A stretch of 64,000 bases of DNA from Actinomycetota bacterium (GTDB taxonomy: Bacteria > Actinomycetota > Actinomycetes > Actinomycetales > Microbacteriaceae), in NCBI GenBank assembly GCA_039804765.1, contig JBDLVL010000002.1, positions 24,739-88,738 of the forward strand, given 5' to 3'. Within the stretch, counting starts at the first letter, position 1, and the number at the start of each line of letters is the position of its first letter. Below are positions 18,357 to 27,484 of this stretch, piece by piece. A program made the translations under genes and the position numbers. The notes beneath the pieces were generated by a model. It worked only from the letters and a program-made list of their open reading frames with translations. It was not told the origin of the DNA and searched no databases.

Positions 18357-21300
18357 TTATTCGGTTTCCACCACAAGAATCAGGTCACCGGCATCAACCG
18401 ACTGGGTCTTAGCCACGGCCAGACGACGCACCACACCCGCCACTGAAGCGGTAATTGTGGCTTCCATCTTCATGGCTTCGATCGTCGCAACGGGCTGCCC
18501 TACCTCAACGTGGGTGCCTTCAACGGTCTGAAGAGTAACCACGCCAGCAAATGGAGCTGCCACGTGACCCAAGTTATTTGGGTCGGCCTTTTCGGCCTGC
18601 ACAGTGTTTACGGTGATCTTGCGATCGCGAACGTTGATAGGACGAAGCTGGCCATTCAGAGTTGCCATCAAAGTGCGGTAGCCCTTTGCATCTGGCGAAC
18701 CAATAGCCTCGAGACCAACGTAAATCTGAACGCCGCGTGAAAGTGAAACCACGTGCTCTACCCCAGGCTCAAGACCGTAGAGGTAGTCCACGGTTTCGAT
18801 CTGATCAAGGTTGCCGTAGGTGTCTTGTGACTTTTGGAAGTCGGCTGTTGGGCCAGGGAACAATAAACGGTTCAGAGTTGAACGGCGCAGCTTTGCATCG
18901 GTGCCCTGCAGTGCGGCAAGGTCTTCTGCATTTACCGGAGTGATTCCAAACTTGAGGTTCTTGCCAGCAAGTACTTTGGTGCGGAACGGCTCTGGCCATC
19001 CACCCGGCAAATCGCCTAGTTCGCCAGCCATGAATCCAACTACAGAGTCAGGCACGTCATAGTTTTGTGGGTTCTCGGCAAAGTCTTTTGGATCTGCGTT
19101 TACTGCCACAAGGTGCAGAGCAAGATCGCCAACCACCTTGGATGACGGAGTTACCTTGGTTGGACGACCAAGAATTTCGTTTGCCGCGGCATACATGTTT
19201 TCAACTTTTTCAAATTGATCGCCAAGGCCAAGTGCGATTGCCTGCTGACGAAGGTTCGAAAGCTGACCACCTGGAATCTCGTGCTTGTAAACACGACCGG
19301 TAGGGCCAGGCAGTCCTGACTCGAATGGTGCGTAGACGTTTCGCACTGCCTCCCAGTAAGGCTCAAGTTCTGCAACTGCAGAAAGTGGAATTCCGCTGTC
19401 TTTATCGGTGTGCGCAAGCGCAGCAACCAAAGCTGAAGCTGAAGGCTGACTGGTGGTGCCGGCCATTGGCGCAGAGGCAACATCAACTGCGTCAACGCCA
19501 ACATTGATTGCCGCCATCAAGGTAGCCAACTGACCACCAGCGGTGTCGTGAGTGTGCAAGTGAACCGGAAGGTCAAACTTTGCGCGAAGTGCCGAAACCA
19601 ACTTCTCGGCCGCTGCCGGGCGAAGCAATCCAGCCATGTCCTTGATCGCAATGATATGCGCACCAGCATCAACAATTTGCTGAGCAAGGTTTAGGTAGTA
19701 GTCCAGCGTGTAAAGCTTTTCTTCTGGATCCAGCAGGTCTGCGGTGTAGCAAAGGGCAACTTCGGCAACCGCGGTCTTGGTCTTTAGAACGGCATCGATC
19801 GCTGGCTTCATCTGGGACACATCGTTGAGCGCATCGAAGATGCGGAAGATATCAACACCGGTTGCAGCGGCCTCGGCAACAAATGCCTCGGTGACCTCTG
19901 TTGGGTAAGGGGTGTAGCCCACAGTGTTGCGGCCACGAAGCAACATTTGGATGCAAAGGTTAGGCATGGCCTCACGCAGCTGCGCCAAGCGCTGCCATGG
20001 ATCTTCGCCCAAGAACCGCAGCGCTACGTCGTAGGTTGCGCCGCCCCAGGCTTCCACCGATAGCAACTGTGGAGTAAGGCGTGAAACGTATGGTGCAACG
20101 GCAACAAGGTCGCGACCACGAACGCGGGTTGCAAGCAGTGACTGGTGTGCATCACGGAAAGTTGTCTCTGTGATTGCAACAGTCTTCTGAGCACGCAGGT
20201 CTTTTGCAAAACCTTCGGGACCAAGTTCAAGCAAACGCTGGCGAGAACCTGCGGGTGCCGGCTTGGTGATGTCAATCTTTGGCAACTTTAGGCCTGGATT
20301 GGTGTGCAATCCGCGAGGGCCATTTGGCTGGTTCACGGTTACATCGGCAAGCCAAGCAAGAATCTTGGTACCGCGGTCCTGAGAAGGCTTTGCGGTGAAA
20401 AGTTCTGGGTGTTCGTCGATGAACGAGGTGCTTAGGTCACCGGTTTCGAAAATTGGGTCTGCAAGCACTGCCTGAAGGAATGCAATGTTGGTAGAGACAC
20501 CGCGAATACGGAATTCGGCAAGTGCGCGCTTGGCGCGAGTAACAGCAGACTTAAAGTCGCGGCCAGTTGCAATCAACTTAACCAACATTGAGTCAAAGTG
20601 CGGGCTAACTTCGGCACCGGTAGAAACTGTTCCACCATCTAAACGAATACCTGCACCACCTGGTGAACGGTAAGTGGTGATCTTTCCGGTGTCAGGTCTA
20701 AAGTTTTGCGCTGGGTCTTCAGTGGTGATTCGGCACTGCACTGCAAAACCGTGCATCTGGATCTTGTCTTGAGTAAGACCAAGCTCAGGAAGCGATTCAC
20801 CCGACGCAATTCGCATCTGTGATTGCACGAGGTCAACATCGGTGATTTCTTCTGAAACGGTGTGCTCAACCTGAATGCGCGGATTCATCTCAATGAAAAC
20901 GTGCTTGCCGGCGTTTGCGCCAACGGTGTCGATTAGGAACTCTACTGTTCCGGCATTTTGGTAACCAATTTGCTGCGCGAACGAAACTGCATCGCGGTAA
21001 AGGGTCTGACGAAGATCTTCGTCGATCAGTGGTGCCGGAGCAATCTCAACAACCTTTTGGTTGCGGCGCTGAATTGAACAGTCTCGCTCAAAAAGGTGAA
21101 CCACATTTCCATGGGTATCGGCAAGAATCTGAACCTCAATGTGACGCGGTCGAATAACTGCTTGCTCCAAGAACACGCGTGGATCGCCAAATGCACTTTC
21201 GGCCTCGCGCGAAGCCTCGATAAGTGCAGCGCGAAGGTCTTCTTTGACGGCAACGCGACGCATACCGCGACCGCCGCCACCCGCAACGGCCTTGACGAAA

Positions 21301-21764
21301 ATTGGAAAACCGATTGCATCGGCTTGATCAACAAGCTCATCAACATTTGCTGAGGATGGCGATGACTTTAGAACTGGAACACCGGCACGAATCGCAGCTT
21401 CTTTAGCGATTACCTTGTTTCCGGCCATTTCAAGCACGTCAGATGAAGGACCAATAAAGGTGATGCCGTTTGCCTTGGCTGCTTCGGCAAGCTCTGGGTT
21501 TTCTGAAAGGAATCCGTAGCCTGGGTAAATTGCATCTGCGCCAGATTCAAGGGCAACACGAATGATTTCGGAAACGTCAAGGTAGGCGCGCACTGGATGA
21601 CCCACGGTGCCAATTTGGTAAGACTCATCAGCCTGAAGACGGTGAGTTGAGTTGCGGTCTTCATATGGGAAAACCGCTACGGTCTTGGCGCCTAGTTCGT
21701 AGGCAGCTCTAAATGCGCGGACGGCGATTTCACCACGGTTGGCTACCAGAATCTTCTTGAACAT
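18357..21764 (-). CDS. pyc: Pyruvate carboxylase
   Basis: KILVANRGEIA biotin carboxylase domain, FRDAHQSL carboxyltransferase domain, EAMKME biotinylation site. ATG at 21764 follows GAGGAG. Confidence 0.97.
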   Translation of the reverse strand: MFKKILVANRGEIAVRAFRAAYELGAKTVAVFPYEDRNSTHRLQADESYQIGTVGHPVRAYLDVSEIIRVALESGADAIYPGYGFLSENPELAEAAKANGITFIGPSSDVLEMAGNKVIAKEAAIRAGVPVLKSSPSSANVDELVDQADAIGFPIFVKAVAGGGGRGMRRVAVKEDLRAALIEASREAESAFGDPRVFLEQAVIRPRHIEVQILADTHGNVVHLFERDCSIQRRNQKVVEIAPAPLIDEDLRQTLYRDAVSFAQQIGYQNAGTVEFLIDTVGANAGKHVFIEMNPRIQVEHTVSEEITDVDLVQSQMRIASGESLPELGLTQDKIQMHGFAVQCRITTEDPAQNFRPDTGKITTYRSPGGAGIRLDGGTVSTGAEVSPHFDSMLVKLIATGRDFKSAVTRAKRALAEFRIRGVSTNIAFLQAVLADPIFETGDLSTSFIDEHPELFTAKPSQDRGTKILAWLADVTVNQPNGPRGLHTNPGLKLPKIDITKPAPAGSRQRLLELGPEGFAKDLRAQKTVAITETTFRDAHQSLLATRVRGRDLVAVAPYVSRLTPQLLSVEAWGGATYDVALRFLGEDPWQRLAQLREAMPNLCIQMLLRGRNTVGYTPYPTEVTEAFVAEAAATGVDIFRIFDALNDVSQMKPAIDAVLKTKTAVAEVALCYTADLLDPEEKLYTLDYYLNLAQQIVDAGAHIIAIKDMAGLLRPAAAEKLVSALRAKFDLPVHLHTHDTAGGQLATLMAAINVGVDAVDVASAPMAGTTSQPSASALVAALAHTDKDSGIPLSAVAELEPYWEAVRNVYAPFESGLPGPTGRVYKHEIPGGQLSNLRQQAIALGLGDQFEKVENMYAAANEILGRPTKVTPSSKVVGDLALHLVAVNADPKDFAENPQNYDVPDSVVGFMAGELGDLPGGWPEPFRTKVLAGKNLKFGITPVNAEDLAALQGTDAKLRRSTLNRLLFPGPTADFQKSQDTYGNLDQIETVDYLYGLEPGVEHVVSLSRGVQIYVGLEAIGSPDAKGYRTLMATLNGQLRPINVRDRKITVNTVQAEKADPNNLGHVAAPFAGVVTLQTVEGTHVEVGQPVATIEAMKMEATITASVAGVVRRLAVAKTQSVDAGDLILVVETE

Positions 21765-21833
21765 TGGCTCCTCAAGCATCGTATTGACGAACATGACTAC
21801 ATGGCGCCCTAAATAAAAAGGTAGCCTATTTAG

Positions 21834-22904
21834 GTGCATGTATTGAGCGTTAGCTCCCTCAAGGGAGGCGTAGGAAAGACCACGGTTGCCCTTGGTCTGG
21901 CCTCTGCTGCTTTCGCTCGCGGGTTACGGACGCTGGTTGTGGACCTCGATCCCCAGTGTGACGCTTCGACAGGACTTGGCGCGATTGGGGAATTTAGAGA
22001 AACCGTTGCCGACGTCTTACAAAACCCAAAGCACAACATTGTGCACAGGTCAATTGTATCCAGCACTTGGGGCAAAGTTCAGTCTGGTCACATAGATGTA
22101 ATGATTGGTAGCCCCAGGGCTCTCCAGTTTGATACTCCCAACCCAACAATCCGTGATGTTTGGAAACTCGAAGAAGCTCTCAGTCGCATCGAGAAGGACT
22201 ACGACCTAGTCATCATCGATACCCCACCATCAATAAATGGGCTGACTCGCACCGCTTGGGTTGCCAGCGACCGCGTGCTGATTGTCTCTGAGCCTTCAAT
22301 CTTTTCTGTGGTGGCGGCTGATCGCGCGATGCGCGCCATCGAGGAACTTCGTAAGGGTCTCACTCCCCGACTTCAAGCACTAGGTGTAGTAATCAATCGC
22401 ATGCGTCCACAGAGCAAGGAACACACCTACCGCGCCCAAGAACTGCAAGACATGTTCAAAGAAAATTTGATGACCGTCTTGATTGAAGAGCGCGCGACCA
22501 TTCAGCAAGCTCAAGGTGCTGCACGACCGATTCACACCTGGCCCGGTGATCACGCGATTGAACTTGCCAAGATTTTTGACGAGATTCTTGCATCAGCCCT
22601 GGCTTCGTTTCAAGAGCAATATGACAAGAACCGCGGCAAACAAGATAAAAAGATGTCGCGCATAAGCAAGATCATGCGCGGTCAAAACTTGGATGCTGTT
22701 TTGGAACTTGAATCGCTTCAAACGGATTCACCACTTCAGGCGCTTGCACCAAACACCGATACCAGCCTGCCGACCGGACCGGTTACGCCGATTCAGCTTG
22801 ATCCCAGCAAAATGAGTGCGATTGAACAACTTGAGGCGCTAGCGAGTTTGAATCTTGATCCTGCGGATGCCCAGTGGATCGAAGAGAATAAAAAAGAAGA
22901 TTAG
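21834..22904 (+). CDS. ParA-family ATPase with a C-terminal extension
   Basis: SLKGGVGKTT, VDLDPQ, IIDTPPS. Divergent from pyc; TAGCCT lies 6 nt before the GTG start. Confidence 0.88.
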   Translation: MHVLSVSSLKGGVGKTTVALGLASAAFARGLRTLVVDLDPQCDASTGLGAIGEFRETVADVLQNPKHNIVHRSIVSSTWGKVQSGHIDVMIGSPRALQFDTPNPTIRDVWKLEEALSRIEKDYDLVIIDTPPSINGLTRTAWVASDRVLIVSEPSIFSVVAADRAMRAIEELRKGLTPRLQALGVVINRMRPQSKEHTYRAQELQDMFKENLMTVLIEERATIQQAQGAARPIHTWPGDHAIELAKIFDEILASALASFQEQYDKNRGKQDKKMSRISKIMRGQNLDAVLELESLQTDSPLQALAPNTDTSLPTGPVTPIQLDPSKMSAIEQLEALASLNLDPADAQWIEENKKED

Positions 22905-22907
22905 AAG

Positions 22908-23456
22908 CTAAACAGCTTTTCTGACCTGGCGGCGCGCTGCCAGTTCGTCAACATCATCAACGTTGTTTTCCTTGATGTTAACCAATGAAGCCTCGACCTC
23001 ACGAAGCACGCGACCAACCGCGATACCAAACACGCCCTGGCCGCGACTTAGTAGGTCCATGACCTCGTCTTGAGTGGTGCAAAGGTAAACGCGAGCACCA
23101 TCTGACATCAGTGTGATGGCTGCCATGTCGTTAATTCCAGCGGCGCGAAGCTGTTCAACGGCTACGCGGATCTGCTGCAGCGAAACCCCGGTGTCAAGCA
23201 GGCGTTTAACCAACTTCAGAACCAGAATGTCGCGGAAAGAATAGAGTCGCTGTGAACCTGAACCGGCAGCCCCGCGAACGGTTGGCTGAACTAGACCGGT
23301 ACGGTCCCAGTAATCAAGTTGGCGGTAGCTAATGCCGCAGGCAGTAGCTGCAGAAGTTCCGCGGTAGCCAACCTTTGGATCGCTAGATGGCAGGCCGTCG
23401 GTGAAGAGCATTCCCTGCGAATATCCTTCGGGAGCGTCCGTGTGGTCGTGTGACAT
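22908..23456 (-). CDS. MerR-family regulator (Rv1830-like)
   Basis: GISYRQLDYWDRTGLVQP, GSGSQRLYSFRD, LLDTGVSLQQIR, TLMSDG, GQGVFGIAV, DELAARR. Confidence 0.9.
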   Translation of the reverse strand: MSHDHTDAPEGYSQGMLFTDGLPSSDPKVGYRGTSAATACGISYRQLDYWDRTGLVQPTVRGAAGSGSQRLYSFRDILVLKLVKRLLDTGVSLQQIRVAVEQLRAAGINDMAAITLMSDGARVYLCTTQDEVMDLLSRGQGVFGIAVGRVLREVEASLVNIKENNVDDVDELAARRQVRKAV

Positions 23457-23568
23457 GCGGCTCCCTTCTGAATTTTCTAACGTTCAAGTACAGGTTTAAT
23501 TGTTGCCTGTTGCGCCCAGATGTTGGGTTAATTAAATTACTCGGCGTGTCGCCCTAATGTAAAGGGTT

Positions 23569-24270
23569 TTAGCCGTCGATTTTGCCAATAACCGAGCGGA
23601 TTAGCTCGGCACGAATACTGGAGAACTGATTCTCAATTTCTGCGGCGTAGTGCGCTGCTCGAGAACGACTTGCGGTGTCATTTTTGCCTAGCACCGGGGC
23701 AACCACGCCCTCGATGATGCCTATCTCGCGCTCGGCCGAAGCCTTGATGCCGCGAAGGTGACGTGGCTGGATGCCAAAACGCTGCAGATGCACGATTGCA
23801 CGAGCGATTTCAACATCAGCTGCCTCGAATGGCTCTTGATTAATCAACAACACGTCCTGAGCCTCTTGAATCAGAGCGTCAGTGATAGCGGTTTCGGAAA
23901 TCAACTCAATACGCGAAAGCTTCTTGCCTCGGCTCTGTCGCAGGTGCTGCGGGTTTACGGTGCCGCCTGGCAGGCTTGGCTGCTTGCCTTCGTCAAGATC
24001 GGCAAGGTAATTGCGGATTACCTTTAGCGGCAGATACTGATCGCGCTGGAGTTCCAACACAATCTGAATGCGCTCTATGTCAAGCTCGGTGAACTTGCGA
24101 TACCCCGATGGTGTGCGCTGCGGAGTAACCAGGCCCTGCTCCTCTAAAAAGCGAAGCTTGGATGGAGTTAGGTCTGGAAAGTCTGGGTTCAGCACATTCA
24201 GAACTTGCCCAATGTTGAAAAGTTTTACGGGACGAGCGGCGTAGAGCTTGGCTGGTGCTGACTGCGCCAT
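23569..24270 (-). CDS. ftsR: MerR-family regulator (Rv1828/FtsR-like)
   Basis: IGQVL...FPDLTPSKLRFLEEQGLVTPQRTPSGYRKF, YLPLKVI, FGIQPRHLR. Directly downstream of the FHA gene. Confidence 0.8.
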   Translation of the reverse strand: MAQSAPAKLYAARPVKLFNIGQVLNVLNPDFPDLTPSKLRFLEEQGLVTPQRTPSGYRKFTELDIERIQIVLELQRDQYLPLKVIRNYLADLDEGKQPSLPGGTVNPQHLRQSRGKKLSRIELISETAITDALIQEAQDVLLINQEPFEAADVEIARAIVHLQRFGIQPRHLRGIKASAEREIGIIEGVVAPVLGKNDTASRSRAAHYAAEIENQFSSIRAELIRSVIGKIDG

Positions 24271-24740
24271 TACTCTCCCCCTGCTTTAGATTCGTTGGCA
24301 GCAAGATCGGCTCGCGACGCATAGAAAGTCAAACGGAATTTACCAATTTGAATTTCTGAACCGTCTTCAAGCATTGCTGCATCAATTCGAACACCATCGT
24401 AGTAAGTGCCGTTCAATGACGCCAAATCGCGAACCTGAAATGTCTGATTGTGACGGTGGAATTCTGCGTGGCGACGAGAGACTGTTACGTCATCAAGAAA
24501 GATGTCTGCGTTTGGGTGACGACCAACGGTGGTGACGTCCTGGTCCAGCAAGAATCTTGAACCCTCGTTTGGTCCGCGCTGGACGATTAAAAGAGCCGAT
24601 CCCGATGGAAGAGCCTCAATGGCTTTTTGTTCTTCGCTGTCTAGAAATGGGCCGGATTCGGCAAGTAGGTCAGAGCTGAAAACGGCAGTGGATTCGACCT
24701 CATTGGACGAGCCCCCAAAGCCCAATTCTGCAGATTCCAT
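24270..24740 (-). CDS. garA: FHA-domain protein (GarA/OdhI-like)
   Basis: LPSGSALLIVQRGPNEGSRFLLD, GRHPNADIFLDDVTVSRRHA, SLNGTY, QIGKFRL. Confidence 0.88.
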   Translation of the reverse strand: MESAELGFGGSSNEVESTAVFSSDLLAESGPFLDSEEQKAIEALPSGSALLIVQRGPNEGSRFLLDQDVTTVGRHPNADIFLDDVTVSRRHAEFHRHNQTFQVRDLASLNGTYYDGVRIDAAMLEDGSEIQIGKFRLTFYASRADLAANESKAGGE

Positions 24741-24781
24741 TTGCTTGCTACTCCTTATAGAGCACTAGCCTAATGGTTTTT

Positions 24782-25363
24782 CTAGGCGCCTTTTTTCACG
24801 ATCGCGCGCAGCTGACGAAGGTAGACAAAGGCGCCCCACCAATACAAACCCACGCCCCAAAGAGCGAAAGCCCAGGCCAGCGGCTCAAGAATAAATGCGA
24901 TTGGATGCCAGATGTAAGCCATCAATAAAAGCGGAAATGCGTAGAGCAAGGCAAAGGTTCCGGTCTTACCTAGGTAGTGCACCGGTAGCGGTCCGTAGCC
25001 ATAGGTAGCCAGAATCGGATAGGCAACGGCCAACACCAAGTCACGAGAAATAATTACCAGCGCCAACCAAACTGGAATGATGCCGGTGATGCTCAAGCCC
25101 ACCAGAGTAGAAAAAATGTAAAGACGATCGGCTGCCGGATCAAGCAGTTGGCCAAGCCTGGTGACTTGGTTGAATTTTCTGGCGAAGTATCCGTCAAGAT
25201 AATCGGTGAGGCTAGACAGTGCTAATACGACAATTGCCGACAGGTATTTCTCGTTCAGAAGGAGATAAAGGAATACCGGCACCAAGGCTAGACGCAACAT
25301 GCTGAGCAAGTTTGGAACAGTCATGAACTGTTCTTTCATGCTTAGGGGTTGCTGAGTGGCCAT
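24782..25363 (-). CDS. CDP-alcohol phosphatidyltransferase (PgsA2-like)
   Basis: TVPNLLSMLR, DYLDGYFAR...LGQLLDPAADR; hydrophobic. Confidence 0.9.
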   Translation of the reverse strand: MATQQPLSMKEQFMTVPNLLSMLRLALVPVFLYLLLNEKYLSAIVVLALSSLTDYLDGYFARKFNQVTRLGQLLDPAADRLYIFSTLVGLSITGIIPVWLALVIISRDLVLAVAYPILATYGYGPLPVHYLGKTGTFALLYAFPLLLMAYIWHPIAFILEPLAWAFALWGVGLYWWGAFVYLRQLRAIVKKGA

Positions 25364-25423
25364 GCTGCTGATATTACGTGAATAACCTCAACCATCCGGC
25401 CTGCTGCGAACGCCGGCGAGTTG

Positions 25424-26548
25424 CTACAGGTGACGTTCGTCTACGCCGTTGTAAACAGAGAGCGGCCTGATCAATGCATTTGATGCAAGCTGCTCCATGA
25501 TGTGCGCCGTCCATCCAGTAATTCTTGCCGCAACAAATATTGGCGTGAAAGTCAGAGTATCGAAACCCATCAAATGGTAGGCAGGCCCCGATGGATAATC
25601 CAGGTTCGGCAAAATACCTTTTCTTTCGGTCATTGCCTTTTCTAGTGCTTCGTATAGTTCGAGCACATCGGGGCGCTGATAGTAATCAATTAAATTGACC
25701 ATCGCGGCACGCATGGTTGGTACACGAGAGTCACCCTTTTTGTAAACCCGGTGACCAAAGCCCATAATCTTGCGTTTTTCAGCCAGCGCTTTTTCTAACC
25801 ACTGCTCTGCACGCGATTGCGCATCTGGTCCGAAACCAATTTCGTTGAAGATGTGCAAGACCGCTTCGTTTGCGCCGCCATGCAGTGGGCCCTTTAAGGC
25901 TCCAACAGCTCCAGTAACAGCAGAGTACAAATCTGAGAGTGTTGAGGTAATTACCCTTGCGGTAAAGGTTGAAGCGTTGAAGGAGTGCTCGGCGTAAAGC
26001 ACGAGAGAAATTCGGAAGGCATCAACCACAACTGCTTCTGGTATTTCACCAAAGGTCATCCACAAGAAATTTTCCGAGTAATCCAGATCTTCGCGTGGTG
26101 CAATTAATGGCTGACCATGGCGACGTCGCTGATCATAAGAAACCACCGCAGGTAATTTTGCAAAAAGACGGATTGACTTTGCAAGGTTTCCTGCTGGCGA
26201 CGCATCATCGGCGTCTGGGTCTAATGCCCCAATAACGCTCACAGCCGTGCGCACAACATCCATTGGGTGTGAAGTTAACGGAAGGTCATCGATTACCTTC
26301 TTAACCACGTCGTCCAGTGAGCGCATTGAACGCTCCTGCTTGGTAAAACTGGTTAGCTCTTCCGATGTTGGCAGTTCGCCCTTCCAAAGCAACCAAGCTA
26401 CTTCCTCGAAGCTCTTCTTTGCAGCGAGCTCTTGCACCGGATAACCGCGATAGAGCAAAGAGTTGCTTTCCGGGTTTACTTTTGAAATAGCTGTGTAGTC
26501 AACCGGTACCCCGGCAAGGCCCTTGTAAATCTCCTGCTGCTCGCTCAT
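25424..26548 (-). CDS. prpC: 2-methylcitrate synthase
   Basis: IYKGLAGV, LLYRGY, EHSFNASTF, GPLHGGAN, GFGHRVY, PNLDY. Follows prpD-prpB. Confidence 0.93.
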   Translation of the reverse strand: MSEQQEIYKGLAGVPVDYTAISKVNPESNSLLYRGYPVQELAAKKSFEEVAWLLWKGELPTSEELTSFTKQERSMRSLDDVVKKVIDDLPLTSHPMDVVRTAVSVIGALDPDADDASPAGNLAKSIRLFAKLPAVVSYDQRRRHGQPLIAPREDLDYSENFLWMTFGEIPEAVVVDAFRISLVLYAEHSFNASTFTARVITSTLSDLYSAVTGAVGALKGPLHGGANEAVLHIFNEIGFGPDAQSRAEQWLEKALAEKRKIMGFGHRVYKKGDSRVPTMRAAMVNLIDYYQRPDVLELYEALEKAMTERKGILPNLDYPSGPAYHLMGFDTLTFTPIFVAARITGWTAHIMEQLASNALIRPLSVYNGVDERHL

Positions 26549-26572
26549 GTCGCTCCTTTGCGAATTGGCTAA

Positions 26573-27484
26573 TTAGTGCTTAATGTGGCTGTCGAGGTTG
26601 AAGTTGAAAATACCTGAATCAAACTGGTTATACGACTCATAGTCGAGTAGCTCGTAGAGTTCTGCACGAGTCTGCATCTCGGGAACCACTGACTGCAGGT
26701 TTCCATCGTGCTTTAAGGCATCGAGCCCGCGCATTGCAGCGCCCATTGCTAGTCGAAGCAATGACACGGGATAGATAACGATATTTATCCCGATGTCTGC
26801 CAGTTGCTGCTTAGTAAATAACTCACTCTTACCAAATTCAGTCATGTTGGCAAGAATCGGAACATCTACTGCCTTACGCATGGCTTCGAATTCTGAAAGA
26901 TCCTTCATGGCCTCAGGGAAAATTGCATCTGCACCGGCATCGACTAAACGCTTCGCGCGTGTGATTGCCGCCGGCAAATCTTCAACCCCTCGAATATCGG
27001 TGCGAGCCATGATCAATAAATTTTCATCGCGACGAGCATCAACAGCCGAGGCGATGCGCTTTACCGCCGTGTCTTGATCTACCACTGCCTTGCCATCAAG
27101 GTGCCCGCAACGCTTTGGGTTTACCTGGTCTTCGATGTGGATTGCAGATACGCCGGCGTCTTCAAGAGTCTGAACAGTACGCGCAAGATTTAGTGGCTCG
27201 CCAAAGCCAGTATCTGCGTCCACCAGACTTGGCAGATCTGTCATTCTCGAAATCTGCTGCGAACGACCAGCTACCTCGGTAAGTGTGGTCAAACCGATAT
27301 CCGGCAGTCCAAGTTCAGCTGCAAGTACCGCGCCCGAGATGTAAATGCCATCAAAGCCTTTTTCTTGAATCAACTTTGCAGAAAGCGGATTGAAGACACC
27401 AGGCAACTGCAGCAATTCACCAGTAGCCAAGCGCTCACGGAAAATGCGACGCTTTTCAGCGGGGGTGGTTTTCGCGTACAGCAT
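26573..27484 (-). CDS. prpB: 2-methylisocitrate lyase
   Basis: GLPDIG, DADTGFG, IEDQVNPKRCGHL, ANMTEFGKS. Confidence 0.95.
   Translation of the reverse strand: MLYAKTTPAEKRRIFRERLATGELLQLPGVFNPLSAKLIQEKGFDGIYISGAVLAAELGLPDIGLTTLTEVAGRSQQISRMTDLPSLVDADTGFGEPLNLARTVQTLEDAGVSAIHIEDQVNPKRCGHLDGKAVVDQDTAVKRIASAVDARRDENLLIMARTDIRGVEDLPAAITRAKRLVDAGADAIFPEAMKDLSEFEAMRKAVDVPILANMTEFGKSELFTKQQLADIGINIVIYPVSLLRLAMGAAMRGLDALKHDGNLQSVVPEMQTRAELYELLDYESYNQFDSGIFNFNLDSHIKH

Noticed and set aside
21765-21839. Apparent overlaps from extended ORF starts (pyc/parA, glk/fadD, recG/rsmD, recN/pyrG)
   Set aside because: Artefacts of longest-ORF calling; downstream starts with SD or -10 support remove the overlaps.
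25424-26548. Second citrate synthase as a recent gltA duplication
   Set aside because: It is the shorter PrpC type within prpDBC and is clearly divergent from gltA at 58760-60049.
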